From: Selaginella moellendorffii
Taxonomy: Eukaryota; Plantae; Lycopodiophyta
Direction of reading: 5' to 3'
DNA: 64,000 bases
NCBI RefSeq assembly: GCF_000143415.4
Contig: NW_003314294.1
Location: forward strand, 1,782,322-1,846,321
Shown: positions 13,537 through 27,127 of the stretch, one piece after another
How the letters are laid out: each line of letters begins with the position of its first letter
Position numbering within the stretch: position 1 is the first letter of the stretch
Program-made: the position numbers and the translations under genes
Notes under the pieces: model-generated
Told to the model about the DNA's origin: nothing
Seen by the model: the letters and a program-made list of their open reading frames with translations, nothing else
Databases searched by the model: none

Positions 13537-14368
13537 TTTGCTACTATTCATATCCAGAGAAATGCACAACAATGCAAGTGTTGGAGACAGTTTTTTTTAT
13601 CATCTTTAAATTTGAATTTGATGTTTTATTGCCTTTATATAATAATAACATAAGTTAAGATAGCAAATAAATCATTGTATAAATATTGAGACAAACAATA
13701 AAACTCATGTAAAGCTGCTAGTAGATTACAGTAAGATTATGAGCAAGAAAGCCATAAAACGGTTTTTTATTTTTGAGATATTATTAAGAAATGGATTTGA
13801 TATTTGTATGTGTATGAGATTGCTTATACCATATTAGATACCATGTCATCTATGAAACATGAATGCCTAATTTTATTATAAAGCATTAGTACAAATTTTT
13901 CTTAATACAAACATTATATCTCTAATATAATTATTATCTTTGAATGTACCTCTTTTCAACACCTCTAATGTAGTGTGAATATCTAGGTAGATTTAATTAT
14001 GTATATTTTTAAATGTAAAACCAGATGCATAATAAAAATTCTATTATTCTTTAGTAAACTATGAAAGTTAGAGGCCATGATTACAGTTCAGATAAAAAAA
14101 TTTAGCTCAGTATGCAATCAAAATTATAATTTCTCCAAACTAACCTATTATTTTTTGGTAGTCTATAATTCTTCAGTTTTGTGAAAAGTTGATTGCTTTT
14201 AAAGTATGGCGTTTATGTGTTTAGGGTTTTGTACCTTTCTATAAAGGCAATAAAAAATTCAAATTCAAATTTAATGATGATTAAAAAATTATCTTATCTT
14301 CCCCCAACACTTGCATTATTATCTAATTGCATTATTATGCATTTCTCTAGAGATGAATAGTAGCAAAA
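13537..14368. repeat. Degenerate ~100-130-bp inverted repeats in an AT-rich region (13537-13639 vs 14240-14368), possible MITE/foldback relic
   Basis: tttgctactattcat...caagtgttgg...ttttattgcctttata is mirrored by tataaaggcaataaaa...ccaacacttg...atgaatagtagcaaa. Confidence 0.5.
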
Positions 14369-15489
14369 CTTAATATTCTTTCATAATTTTAGTACTCAAA
14401 ACATGCTCAAGATAGTATTATTTCTTTTTCTGATCTGATTGAGAGAACTAATAGTAAATTAATTATTAAATTATATGCATTTAATATTCTATGTAGACAT
14501 ATTAAGCTATATCAGGATAATGCATGATATTAGAATAAATATTTTATTTTATTTTTTACTATTAAATATTTAAAAATAATTGAAAAATAATATACTAGAA
14601 CTATATAAACCCTAAACTGATGGCTGGCATGCTCTCTTCCCACAGCTGCACCAAGTTGGCTTCCTTGTGTGAGCATATGTCACTCATCCATATTTATATC
14701 TGTGTTGGGGACTGGTTCTTTTCGCTGTGTGCAGTGGCTTGTGGCCATCTTGCTCTTCATGTGGACCAACTTGGTGCATGGTATTGGTGATCCAGATGCA
14801 CAAGTATGGGTACATCCTGGCATGCAAATCCAAATAAGAAAATGAGGCCCACCCTAAATAAAGGGGGTGCTATATTGTGCATTCTACCCGGACAAAGTTC
14901 AAATGTACTATGGCCCAGTGATTCGAACCCCCTCGACAAAGAGGCAGATACTATGGAGTGTCGGCTGCATATTTTGACTTTCTTGGAGTCCTTTGCTGAT
15001 GGTATCATGGAAGAGGATGCATGGAAAGGAAGAGAGAAGAGGCCATGAAGAACAGAAAGAAGTCCAAGAAGGAGAGGCAGTCTCAAATGGTGGTTATGGA
15101 GGATCCTGGGAGGCAGTGTGCTGCATGTCTCATACTTGGGGGCCCTTCTCACAGCTAAGCTCATGGTGCAGGCCAAGACCACAAAGAGAAGCTGTAGAGG
15201 AATAAGCTGATGCCATTTGAAAGCCTCTTCAAGTAGCAATGTGGAAGTGGAAGATGGTAAGTATTGACGAAGACAAAGAGACTGGTAGAGTAGAATCTTG
15301 TTTAAATTTTAACACTAACTTTCTTTCAACACAGTTGTTTAAATTCGAGCTCTTTCTTGCAAGCATATCTTCATGTGAGCAAACATTCCATGTTGGCCAA
15401 CGTGTACATGACAAATCTGGAAGCAATTTTGTATCAAACTTAGGAATATTCTAGAAAATATTCTATGTTCACCATCTGCTGCTCTTCAC

Positions 15490-16170
15490 AAGAATGCTGG
15501 AGCAGGCATTGAGGGCTGACGAAAGTTCAAGTGTTTAGAACGAGCTGTGTTTCTTCATCCGACCGAAGAGAGTAAAAGCAAGTTCAGTCTGGTTGTAGCC
15601 AAGGATGATCGGATTCCATGACACCACGTCATCTAGATCATGGAGAACAAGCCGATCGAACAGATGCTGTGAATCTGGCATGCTTCCACAACTCGAGTAG
15701 CAATCTAGCAAGCTGTTGGCAACGAAGACATTGGATTCGAATCCTACAGCGGCGATAGAGCCATGGTTCTCTCAAGAGAAACCACTTTGACGAGCAGCAG
15801 ATCAATCTTCGTCGCATCTCTCGCAGCCAAATCCTTGGTCACTTCCAGGGCAGCAACGTAGCTTCCAGCGTTGACCTCATAATCTTAATCCATTCTCGAG
15901 AATATTTGGCACAGGATCTCGCCCTGGCCATTGCTTGCATAGCCGACGGCTGCAGTGCCGGATCTTGACGATCAATCCGCTGGAGAAATCGGGCGTGGAT
16001 TTCTCAGCCGCGACGGAGATCCTTTGTGCGTCCACAAAATTTCAATGCAGCGACTATAGATGCGGATTCCTAGAGAATCGCTGCTCGTGCATTCTCCCCT
16101 TGAGGAGAAGAGATGAGGAGGCTCCAAGCTGCCAGGCTCGCCCGGCTCTCTGGTACGTCCAACATCATTC
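15490..16170 (-). pseudogene. PLS-class pentatricopeptide repeat (PPR) gene relic
   Basis: Minus-strand translation GFESNVFVANSLLDCYSSCGSMPDSQHLFDRL...DVVSWN...SALNACS, with stops and frameshifts; boundaries approximate. Confidence 0.8.
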
Positions 16171-16241
16171 AATCTCTCTACTGTTGAGCACATTTGTGAC
16201 CGGTGATGGATTTGGAACACCGACAAGCACTCGATAAATTT

Positions 16242-18564
16242 TACCAGGAGAAATCCGGAGCAACACATCAAAGTGCACTCCAAGAGCTTGCTTCCAGTAG
16301 GACGTTTGAGATCATCCATGCTTAATAAGAGAGCTTTTGGTGATTTACCTCGGCAGCTAAGCTAGGAATATCGTTCCTGTCTGAAAGGGACTCGTAGCCA
16401 TGACTAAACACAAGAACGAGAGAAGTTCATATGAGGAGAAGATGTACGATGGCGAGTTCGCCAGATGAAACTTGCAAGGCTACTTCACACATGGTCATTG
16501 TCTAAGCCAGCTAAAGTCAACCGACAGTGAGCAGTGGCAGTCACACAAACTTGCTTAGTTAAATATGGCTGAGTTCTTTATAATATCCAGCTGTGGAGCT
16601 CAGGGGCTCTACATTATTTATATCATTGTTGCACCCAGGATCCATAACTATACATGATTTATGCGAGGACTTCCATGAAACGCTTAGCGGATTCACTGTT
16701 CCACACGGGAACATCCTTGCTCGAGTAGAGCACCATGTTACCATCATTCTCCAGCACTAGCTTGTAGCCTTCGTCAAGCGGAAAAGGTCCCCCAGGAGAT
16801 TTGAACACGGGTTTTTCATTCTTATCCATGACGATAAACTCACCTACATTGTTGACGGTCATTGCTGCTCCTCTGTTTGAGTCCACAGCCCAGAAAGTAT
16901 GGGCCGCATCAGGCTTTGCAGCTGAGTAGAGAAGGCATTTACCATCCTCTTGTATTGCGAGAAAGTATTGGCCACTCGGACAAGTGAGGGAACCATGTGC
17001 ATGGATGACCTGCTTGCAATATAGAACAGAATTATTGACTTGAGCCATTGGAACAAACAGAACGAAACTTGAAGCTCTAGATGGGTTCTCATGCTTCAGT
17101 GATCATGGCTTTATATACTAGTAGAAATCTTTCATCTCATCTGACAGTGTGTTTGTGGTCTCAGTGTTAGAAAGCTTGAGCTCAAGGACTATGTACATAC
17201 TTTACTGAAAGGCAAGACCACATTGATAAGGCCCACAAAGAAGGACAAAATGGTTATCTGACACTGCTGAGTTGTCAACAATGTGCTTTGGAAGGCCTTA
17301 GGTTTGAGTGTCACTTTAGTGCAACGTTGCACACAAAGCTTTAATGTTGACTTGTGATCAACTAAAATGCAAGACCATGTGTTTTTCGTTCCATAAGCCC
17401 CACGAAGGAGGACAAAATGGTTGGTCTGCGGTGTGTTTGTGGTGTCAGTATCAAAAAGCAGGACATTCTTGTATTTCCCACTCTCAACATTTGCTCCAGT
17501 TATTGGCTTGCTGTTACACAAGTATAATGAGCTGGAAAAGCCGACACCATTCCTTGAATATTCTCAGAACCTGCCATGTGGCAGATACTCAAAGGTCAAA
17601 TCACCAGTCAGCTGCAACCATTTGGGGCGAGAGGGAGTTAATAAAGTAGAAAACTATGGAAGTTACACAAACAGCACGCTAATGAAGTGATCTTGCCAAG
17701 TAATGTCTTGCAGGGACTGCTCACTTCCAAAGACCCTCTGGCTCATGATCATAGAGCAGATTAAATTTAAGTTGCAAGAGAAGGTCTCTTTTCATACAAC
17801 TTGACCAGAATTCCTTCCAGGACAAGGCTATCTCCAAATGAAGTATCACGAACGAACTCACTGTGTTGTGGTTTCTTTCTTCTTCTTCTTTATTTCAAAA
17901 TCCAATTCGGAAATTATCAGGTCCGCATGATCTACTGGATCGAACATATCTTTTTGCTCTGTTCACAAAAGCTGAGTGTGTCTCTGACCATGAAAGTCTT
18001 TTGGAAGTCTTCAACTGGATTATCCATGCAAAACACGGTGTACTTCCCAGCTTCATGGAGTGTTTCAGCCCCTTCTCGTATACCGATTCCTCTGGGACAA
18101 GCACTACCAGGACAAATCCGGAGCAACACATCAAAGTGCACTCCAAGAGCTTGCTTCCAGTAGGACGTTTGAGATCATCCATGCTTAATAAGAGAGCTTT
18201 TGGTGATTTACCTCGGCAGCTAAGCTAGGAATATTGTTCCTGTCTGAAAGGGACTCGTAGCCATGACTAAACACAAGAACGAGAGAAGTTCATATGAGGA
18301 GAAGATGTACGATGGCGAGTTCGCCAGATGAAACTTGCAAGGCTACTTCACACATGGTCATTGTCTAAGCCAGCTAAAGTCAACCGACAGTGAGCAGTGG
18401 CAGTCACACAAACTTGCTTAGTTAAATATGGCTGAGTTCTTTATAATATCCAGCTGTGGAGCTCAGGGGCTCTACATTATTTATATCATTGTCGCACCCA
18501 GGATCCATAACTATACATGATTTATGCGAGGACTTCCATGAAACGCTTAGCGGATTCACTGTTC
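16242..18564 (+). repeat. ~460-bp direct duplication (16242-16702 and 18104-18564) covering the lectin 3' end and downstream region
   Basis: Near-identical sequence from accagga.aaatccggagcaacac to ggattcactgttc. Confidence 0.9.
16659..17048 (-). CDS. Bulb-type (GNA-like) lectin domain protein, 129 aa, no signal peptide
   Basis: SLTCPSGQYFLAIQEDGKCLLY...FWA and YKLVLENDGNMVLY...VPVWNS match B-lectin QxDxNxVxY subdomains; ATG start; TATATAAAG about 60 bp upstream. Confidence 0.85.
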   Translation of the reverse strand: MAQVNNSVLYCKQVIHAHGSLTCPSGQYFLAIQEDGKCLLYSAAKPDAAHTFWAVDSNRGAAMTVNNVGEFIVMDKNEKPVFKSPGGPFPLDEGYKLVLENDGNMVLYSSKDVPVWNSESAKRFMEVLA

Positions 18565-18568
18565 ACAA

Positions 18569-18745
18569 TTACCAATTCCTCTGGGACAAGCACCAGTCAC
18601 AAGACTCCTTGCAAGTTTCATCTGGCGAAGTCGCCATCGTACATCTTCTCCTGATATTAACTTCTCTCATTCTTGTGTTTAGTCATGGCTACGAGTCCCT
18701 TTCAGACAGGGTTGTGACTGGTGCTTGTCCCAGAGGAATTGGTAA
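18569..18745. repeat. Perfect 34-bp inverted repeat enclosing an inverted copy of 18239-18342
   Basis: ttaccaattcctctgggacaagcaccagtcacaa at 18569-18602 and its reverse complement at 18712-18745. Confidence 0.9.
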
Positions 18746-18959
18746 CGTGAGGATGAAGTATCTAACGTTTACTCCAAACGCCTGGCAACGTGAGGGTGAA
18801 GTATCTAATGTTTACTCCAAACGCCCATGTAACTGCTTTTGAAAACATCAGCACAACAAATCAAGAGCAGGCAGATGCTGTGAGAGTCCGTCTGGGAGCT
18901 GGGAGCAGCAGCAGAGTGGTATGGTCAGGCGAATGCAGTAGCAGCCTTTGTAGCCTGGG

Positions 18960-21130
18960 TGGACCTCAAAACAGCATTTCTCAATGCTTTCCATCTATGG
19001 GATTCAAGCAGCATATCAGCGACGAGCTAAATTCAATTCAATTGTTACCTGGAGAGATATTGCAAAATTACATTCTTTGCTACAAGAGGCTGCTCGCGAG
19101 GAAAGATCCACAGCCTGCTCTGATGACGAAGTCCGCTGGTTCTTGAATGGGTTGCCATTTGAGATCGGGTTCCATGTGAAGGTGTAGAGACCGGTAGATT
19201 TGAACGCAGTAGTGGAGCACACAGCAACATGGGAACAGGCCCGGACGTCGTCACGGAATGTTGCAGCTGCAGCTCCAGCAGCAACATATGGTAACTTGTT
19301 CTCACTGAATATTGCACAGTACCAGACTGGTGTGCTTGGAGCCATAGCAGCTCCACCTTTGATTCCGGTCCAGCTGTCAGTTCTCCAGTTACCTACAGTA
19401 AACACAACCGGATTTGAGAGCCAACTCACGAAAGTGAAAGAAGATGTGGTGGAGACACTTACCAAGAAGATAATGGAACTCCAAGTGAGTCTGGTTCAAG
19501 GTTTGGGAGCTCCAACTCGGCCGGTGCATGAGAGAGCTGAGATCTGGCACATTAAGTGTCAAGGATATGGCCACTATCCTAGTGAGTGTCCGAATCTGGT
19601 TCCGGCGAAAGCTCCTTGTCCGTATTGTGGGAAGTTCAGCCACAAGCCTGAGAAGTGCTTTTTTCATCCAGCTCGTGTGACGCCCAAGTTCCAGTAGCAA
19701 CCTGTAGTTGCAAGCTATTATGTTCAACCACAATTTTCACAGTAGCACGTTCAACAACAATTTCCACAGCAGTATGAGACGTACCCGGTTTTTAACGTAG
19801 GAGCTCCAGGGGCCGTGCAGAACTCGGGGCTGATGCTGCAGCAGACTGCCGGTGGAGGCCGAGGTGGCGGCCGGATGGGAATGTTCAGAGGCAGAGGTGG
19901 AGGCCGAGGCCGAGGTCCGATAGTGTGCTACCGGTGTGGCGAACCTGGACATATCGCGCCAAACTATCCGAATGCACAGAAGTCCGAAGAGTATCAGCCA
20001 ATCTGTGGGATATGCCAGACACAGGGGCTTCATCGGCAGGAGGATTGCCCCTACCACTTGCAAGTGCCAAATCAGCATCAGAATCAGGACAAGGGAAAAG
20101 TGGTGGACACTAAAGCCATTTTCGTGAATTATGAAGACCTGTGTGGAATGTCAACACACGAGAACAGTTGCAGCGGAGGGACCACGGGTTGTACATCTGA
20201 GATGAGCCGAGAACAAGGGCTGAACAAGGAACTGAGCGGACGCATACTAGGGAGGATCCGGAGATGATAGCTCGCTGAAACAGGAAGGAGCAGCGCCACA
20301 AGGAAAAGGTGGGCATGGAAGGAGGCGGCATTCAGGATGCGCTGATAGTCGATGGCGGAGATCTTGCAAAGAATATCATGGGGACTATTCAGTGCCCTAA
20401 TGAACGGACGCCAACCAGGTGAGTGGTGGAATGGGTTTGCAAGAGGTTATGAGGAAGGTGGGCATCTCGATGCCACAACGGCTGGCAGAGGTATTCAAGG
20501 AACATTTTGGGGGCGAGCCGTTGAAGATGGACCAGCGGAGATCTCGCCGGTATAAGCAGGTGCTGAATCTAGAAACACAGCCCTACGATGTGCTCAAGGA
20601 CTTGGAGAATCAGAAGCCGAGTATCACATTCACGCAATTACTGCAGCTGGCACCAAGTCTGAGGAAAGTGGTGGCCACAGCAGTCAAGGCCCATTGAGAG
20701 GTTGTAGTGAACACAGCATGGCCGATGATCGAAGTAGAGAATCCGATTATAGATGCAGAGATTTCAGGTCAGCACTTGAAGGGGTGTGTGATTGACAGAG
20801 GTGCTGCCATCAACGTAATGCCTGAGTAGATGGTGTCAAAACTTGGGTTGGAGCAGCCCGTCTCCAGTTTATTTTCGTGTCCGCATGGCGAACCATTCTT
20901 GCTCGAGACCGGTTGGTGTACTTACCGGAGTGAAGACAAAGATTGCTGGTTTTATCTTTTATGTGGATTACATGGTGCTGAGGATGGTTGGACACAAGCT
21001 GGATTATCCAATTCTTTTGGGAATACCGTGGCTGTTACAGGCCTGGGCAGGTTAGAGTTGGCCGAAGGGGACTATTACGATTGGAGATGGAAACGAGTTG
21101 CACACTATCCAAGTTCGGACGAGGAAGAGG
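18960..21130 (+). pseudogene. Degenerate Ty3/Gypsy gag-protease relic with several zinc knuckles
   Basis: CQGYGHYPSEC, CPYCGKFSHKPEKC, CYRCGEPGHIA, CGICQTQGLHRQEDC; YDVLKDL...ITFTQLLQLAP; protease-like CVIDRGAAINVM; many stops; boundaries approximate. Confidence 0.75.
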
Positions 21131-24100
21131 CTGGCCTGGACTCCAGTGGTGTGTGAGCCAATAGTGGATGGCATTGATGACAGCAGTGATACCATCCCGG
21201 CTAACGCACCAAAAAATGTCAGGAAAAATACACGACAATAAAGAAAGACCGAAAAGACTCCCTTAGGGCTTGTATTTCAGCAGTAACTACAAATCACTCA
21301 TATTGAGTGTGTTGGGCCTGCAATAACTCCTCTATGATCATGTGTAGGTAATGGTACCACACTTGACCACAGGTTTTAGAATTTGCTGCTCCTCTCAAAT
21401 TCTCAGCTCCTCGATCGCACGCCTTATCTGCATGTTGTTGGTGATGCAATCGGCGATGGGATCTCAACGGCCTATGGGAGGTCCCACCATCTTCGAGCAG
21501 AAAGAACTCAAGAACTAGAGAGAGAAAACAAGAACAAGAACTATATGTAAGGAACCAACTCGCCGAGGTGTCGTAGGCTAAGGGAACCCCGAAAGCATGA
21601 CCAAAATGACAAAGAGTTTATCGGATGGGACCAAGTCAAAGATCGAGTCCAAGACCGACTCTAGGACCGAGTTCGAGATAGAGTCCGGAATCGAGTCCAA
21701 GACCGACTCGGGGACCGAGTTCGAGTCCGAGTTCGAGACCGAGTTCGAGACGGAGTCCGAGATCCGAAATCGGGTCCGAGACCGAGTCCGAAGTCGAGTC
21801 CGAGGTCGGGCCCGAGATCGGGTCCGAGATCAAGTCCGCGATCGAGTCCGAGACCGAATCTGAAGTCGGATCCGAAATCGGATCCGAGATCGAGCTAGAG
21901 ACTAAGTCCAAATACTAATACGGGTCAAGGGGTGAAAGCCCAAAGCGTGCGTCCCCCAGGGGGGGGGGGGGCTGCAGGGGGTTCCAAAAGTATAGTAGGG
22001 ATAGTGAGGTCCAGGAACCAGTTGGGCTTCCAAACCGACTTGAGGTTGGGACTGGGACTAAGGGGCCTTGGGTGGGAGTGAGTATGGACTTGGTTGGTGC
22101 CGGAGGGGCCATCCAAGGAAGTGCTCAAGAGCAGCTCCCACTCCCGAAAGGGAAACCGATTGCGGTGCTCCCGGCTCATGTGGAGTGGTGCCCCACTTAA
22201 GTACCATACGGCTCATTGGTCCTCGCCCTTCCTAGGGGCTTGGGCCTTCCTTCGGGATGGAAGTGGGGGGCGAGAGGTACCCATACCGGGCCGTTAGGCC
22301 ACGGTGTTTCGCCCTGGCGTCCCGAAGCAAGTGTTGCACTCAAGACTTGGGATTTAGAGGGTCCCATGATCAAGTCTTGTGGTACCAAGGGATGTTAGGA
22401 ACCTGGAAGCTTGGTGTGCTTGGCTGCTTGTGCTTGCGGGGAGTGTAGCCGAACCTTAAGTCCAGTCTAACCCGGGGAGGGGGATTGGGAGTGATTTGGG
22501 GAATCCGTGGAAGGATGGCTAACACTCCGTTGCTCATGCAGTGAGTAGCTGAAACCAAGTAGGAGCTGGTACCATAGGCGAGAACCTTAGCAAGGGAACT
22601 TAGCAAAAGCCAAGGCAGTGTTGGACGGATAGACAAGGTAAGCTGGCAAATTGGAAAGGAAAAATTTGTGGCTTACAATTTGGTATCGGAGCCTTTATCT
22701 CAGTTCTAGCGAAGGATAGAGGCGGATTGCTGGGAGATGGCAAGGGCAGGGCGTAAGCGAACCCAGGCGGAGACGGAACCTCCGCCGGAGCTGGAGCCTC
22801 CGGTTGAACAAGAGGCTATGGATGAGGAATCCTTGCATGAGGAGGACTCCAGTGAGGAAACTTCCAAACAGGAGTCCGGTGGCGAGGTTCGGTCGTCCAA
22901 GGCTTGATTGGACGTGCTAGAAGGACAGTTGGCACAGACCAATGCCCTGCTGGAGACTCTCGTACGCAAGTTAAAGCGTGACGAGAAGCGGAAGAAAAAG
23001 CAAAAGACTGCGGATGCTGGCAGCGCAGAAGGTGAGGACCCTTCGGCAGGGACTGAGGCAAAACCAGACAAGGTCGAACAGACCGAAGTGGAATCAGTCC
23101 CTCAGGCAGTTCCCAAGTACAAACCAAAGCCCCCACCGGTGTTCAAGGGAGTGAACGATTATAAGGTTGTGGAGGATTGGTTTTACGATATGGAGGACTA
23201 CTTCCGAGCGTTGCAGTTACCGAGCTCGGAGAAGGTCCCATGTGCAAAACCATACTTGGCAGATAATGCCAAGTCTTGGTGGAGAACAACAGAGGCCAAC
23301 GAAGGACCGGTGGCCACCTGGGACATGATGAAGGCGAGGATCCGCGCGACATACGTTCCTCCGAATGCCACTCTGCATCTGAGAGATGAGTTGAGTAGGC
23401 TGAAGCAGACTGGAACCATCCAAGAATATGTGAATGGGTTCATGGCAAAGAGGATACTTGTCACGGACATGGGGGATATGGATGCGTTCCATGCCTTTAT
23501 ATCGAGTTTGCAAACCTGGGCTCGCGGTGAGGTGATGCGCTGGAACCCGACCAACTACAAGGAAGCGTTGGATGCGGCCATCAAGGTGCATTTCAACGAT
23601 AGCCTGCGAAAGGGGAACACGATGGGGTCGGGATCCACGTTTCACAAAGGGGCCAAACCGAGGGGAACATATAGCAAGGGGAAATTCAAGAAGAGTTTCT
23701 CTAAGAATGAGTCCTCGGGGTTCCGGAAAGGCAAAGCCGGTGGCCAGCGAGCGAGTACGTGGGGAAGTCAAGCGAAAAAAGACAAACCCACGGATAAGAA
23801 GGTCAAGTCGTATAGCAGCGTGGGCAACAACGTATGCTACAACTGCGGCGAAGCGGGACACTTCTCGAGGGAATGTCCCTACCCGAAGAAGGCCAGAGCC
23901 AATATGGCCATCAAGTCGGGTGAAGTCCAAACTGAGGTATGTGATCCAGTCCCTAACTCAAAGTTACTCATTACACGAGCAACTTTGGTAGAGAGTCGTT
24001 CGCGACATCTACTAGCCCTCCGAGGGAAGCTCGGAGGTAGCTTTGTTAAGATCCTTATTGACACGGGTGCTTCGGATAATTTTGTGGCTGCAGACATAGT

Positions 24101-26610
24101 CCGGCAAGCCGGACTAACGGTGCAGCGGCTAGGCGAACCAAGGACTATAGAGTTTGTTCAGGGTAGCCAAAGCACCGATGAGATACTTCGACAAGCGAGA
24201 GTCGAAGTGGGGACATGGAAAGTGGACATGGATTTCACCGTCTTGGACATGGCGGGATTTGATGTGATCTTCGGAATGGATTGGTTTAATCGGTTCGTGG
24301 TAGCCCTGCATGGACAAGGTAGGAACCTTGTGGTATTGGCGAATGCCCAAGGAAGAAGATCTAGGGTGGAGGCCCAGGATCTAAAGGTAGGGCAAAGCAA
24401 GGCCAAAGAGTCATGCTTAAACCTGGTGTCCACGAGAGGACAACTCACTAAAAGAACTAAGGCAGCCTTTTTGTGCTTACTCTCGGTGAAGAGTGACAAA
24501 AAGACAAGAACGGAAAAAGTACCTTTAGTGATCTAGCAGGTGCTGGACCAATTCCAAGATACCATGCCAGAGGAGCTACCGGCGGGGTTGCCCCCCGCAC
24601 GACCGATAGAACATAAGATTGAGCTGGTCGAGGGTGCTGAGGCGGTGGTTCGTCCACCCTATCGATTGAACGAAAAAGAACTCAAGGAGCTCAAGAGCCA
24701 ACTAGAGGAGTTGGTGGACAAAGGGTATGTTAGGTTGAGCAAGTCGCCGTATGGGGCGCCGGTGCTATTTGTGAAAAAGAAAGATGGATCTATGCGCATG
24801 TGCATAGACTACCGGTTGCTCAACAAGTATACCAAGAAGAACAAGTACCCTTTGCCAAGGATCGAGGACCTGTTCGATAGGTTGGGAAAGGCAAAATACT
24901 TCTCGAGGATTGACCTAAGGTCAGGATACTACCAGATCAGGGTAGCTGAGGAAGATGTCGAGAAGACAACTTGTCGAACGAGGTATGGGAGCTTTGAGTT
25001 TTTGGTGATGCCCTTTGGGCTGTGCAATGCGCCGGCAACGTTTTCGGCGTTGATGAACCACATCTTTGTACCCTATCTGGATCGCTTCGTGGTCGTCTAT
25101 ATTGACGACATCCTGATTTATAGCGAGACGCTAGAGGAGCATGCCGAACATTTGGCGAAGGTGTTTGAGAAACTAAGGGAACACAAACTGTATGCTAAAG
25201 AGAGCAAATGTGACTTTGCTCAACAAGAGGTAAAGTTTCTCGGGCATGTGGTGGGCCAGGACGGGCTCAAGGTGGACCCAGAGAAGGTCCAAGCGATCCA
25301 GGAATGGGAACGACCATCGAACGTACATGAGTTGAGGGCGTTCCTGGGGCTATGCAACTACTATCGAAAGTTTATCAGACACTATTCGAGAGTAGCCCTG
25401 CCCTTAACGGACCAAACAGGAAAAGGGAAGATGGTATGGACAGCGGAATGCGAGGCGGCATTCGTCCACCTCAAAGGGAAGTTGAGGAAGGCTCCGGTGT
25501 TGGCATTACCAGACTTTGGTAAGGACTTTGAGGTAGACACGGATGCTTCGGACTTTGCGTTGGGCGCAGTTTTGAAGCAAGACAACCATCCAGTAGCGTT
25601 CTTCTCAAAGAAGCTGGACAAGGCTCAACGGAAGTGGCCTGCCCACGAGAAGGAATTGTTTGCGGTGGTCAAGGCGCTCAAGGAGTGGCGACACTACCTT
25701 GGGAGACACTTCAAGGTTTACACGGACAATGTGGCAACGAAACACTTCTTGTCACAGCCCGACCTAAGGGGAAAACAAGGTCGGTGGGCCAATGCTTTGG
25801 CCGAGTTTGATTGCGAGATCTTGTACAAGCCTGGGAAGAGCAACATCGTGGCAGATGCGCTAAGTCGAAAAGCGAGCTTGAAGTTGGCGATATCTAGCGC
25901 GACAGCAACCTTTTGGGACGATGTGCAGACCGCATACGAGAGTGATGGTCTAGCACAAGAAGTGTTGCTGAGGAATCTGGAGGCGCGGGAAGCTCACCAG
26001 AGAGGTGAGCTGCCAACGGAAGAGAAAACGGGCTATGCGGAACGCAACAGACTCATATATTACAAGCAAACGAGGGTGTATGTTCCAGAAGGGGAACTAA
26101 GGAAAGTAGCCTTGGAAGAGTGTCATGACGGACCTCTTGCGGGACACGGCGGAGTGCCCAAGACGATGGGCTTACTCAAAAGGAAGTATCACTGGCCAGA
26201 TATGGCTAAGGACGTCCAAGACTATGTAAAGACATGTCCAACATGTCAGCAGGTCAAAGCCGTGACGAAGGCTAGTGGGGGCTTGTTGCAAAGCATCCCC
26301 ATTCCAGATCGTCCGTGGAAATGTCTCACGATGGACTTTATCACGGGACTACCCCCAAGCGAGGGGTTCGATGCGATATTCGTGGTGGTGGACCGATTTT
26401 CAAAGATGGCACATTTCATGCCCACCACAACGGATGTGGATGCGGAAGGTGTGGCGAAGCTGTTCTTCGAACAAGTGGTTCGAGTGCGGGGAAGGCCGGA
26501 AGAGATTATCTCAGATCGAGATAAGATCTTCACCAGTAGGTTCTGGAAGACACTCCTAGAACAGTATCGCACCAAGTTGAAATTCAGCATGGCCTATCAC
26601 CCACAGACAG

Positions 26611-26657
26611 GTAATGGGTATTGAGTCAAGATTGATGGCACTAACACTTCTTGACAG
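26611..26657 (+). other. Spliceosomal intron 1 in integrase (47 nt)
   Basis: G|GTAATG...CTAAC...CTTCTTGACAG|AC; removal gives HPQT-D-GQTERVNR. Confidence 0.85.
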
Positions 26658-27075
26658 ACGGACAAACGGAAAGGGTGAATAGGCAGCTGGAGGATTATTT
26701 GCGATGCTATGTCTCGGGAGACTAGACCGACTGGGTAAGTCATTTGGGACTTGCGGAAATGTGTTATAACAACTCACCACATTCGAGCATCGGGGTGAGT
26801 CCATGGGAAGTCATCAATGGGCGAGCTATTGAAGGTCCTGTGGAACTCGGCGTGGCCGAGTATCATGGAGAGTTACCTGCAGTGGAGGCATTCACGGCGG
26901 AAAGACTCAACATTTGGAATCTAGTGAGGGATTCCTTGGAACGGGCTCAACAAAGGCAAACTAAGTACGCGAACCAAAAGCGTCGAGATGTGGAGTTCCA
27001 AGCTGGGGAGAAGGTGTGGCTGAACACCAAGAACCTCAGGCTACCAAGTGGGATTAGCCGGAAGTTGACCCAAAG

Positions 27076-27127
27076 GTAAAAATGCATGTATTCCTGTAAA
27101 TGAATTGATCTTGAGTTCCTTAAGCAG
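27076..27127 (+). other. Spliceosomal intron 2 in integrase (52 nt)
   Basis: AG|GTAAAA...TTCCTTAAGCAG|G; removal gives KLTQ-R-FAGPY. Confidence 0.85.

Noticed and set aside
14757-15454. Short ORFs as host genes (also 44416-45545 and 55186-55657)
   Set aside because: No recognisable domain or consistent gene structure
26611-26657. Integrase breaks as random frameshift decay or programmed frameshifting
   Set aside because: Shared among independent copies, bounded by GT-AG with a branch motif, and precise removal restores conserved residues
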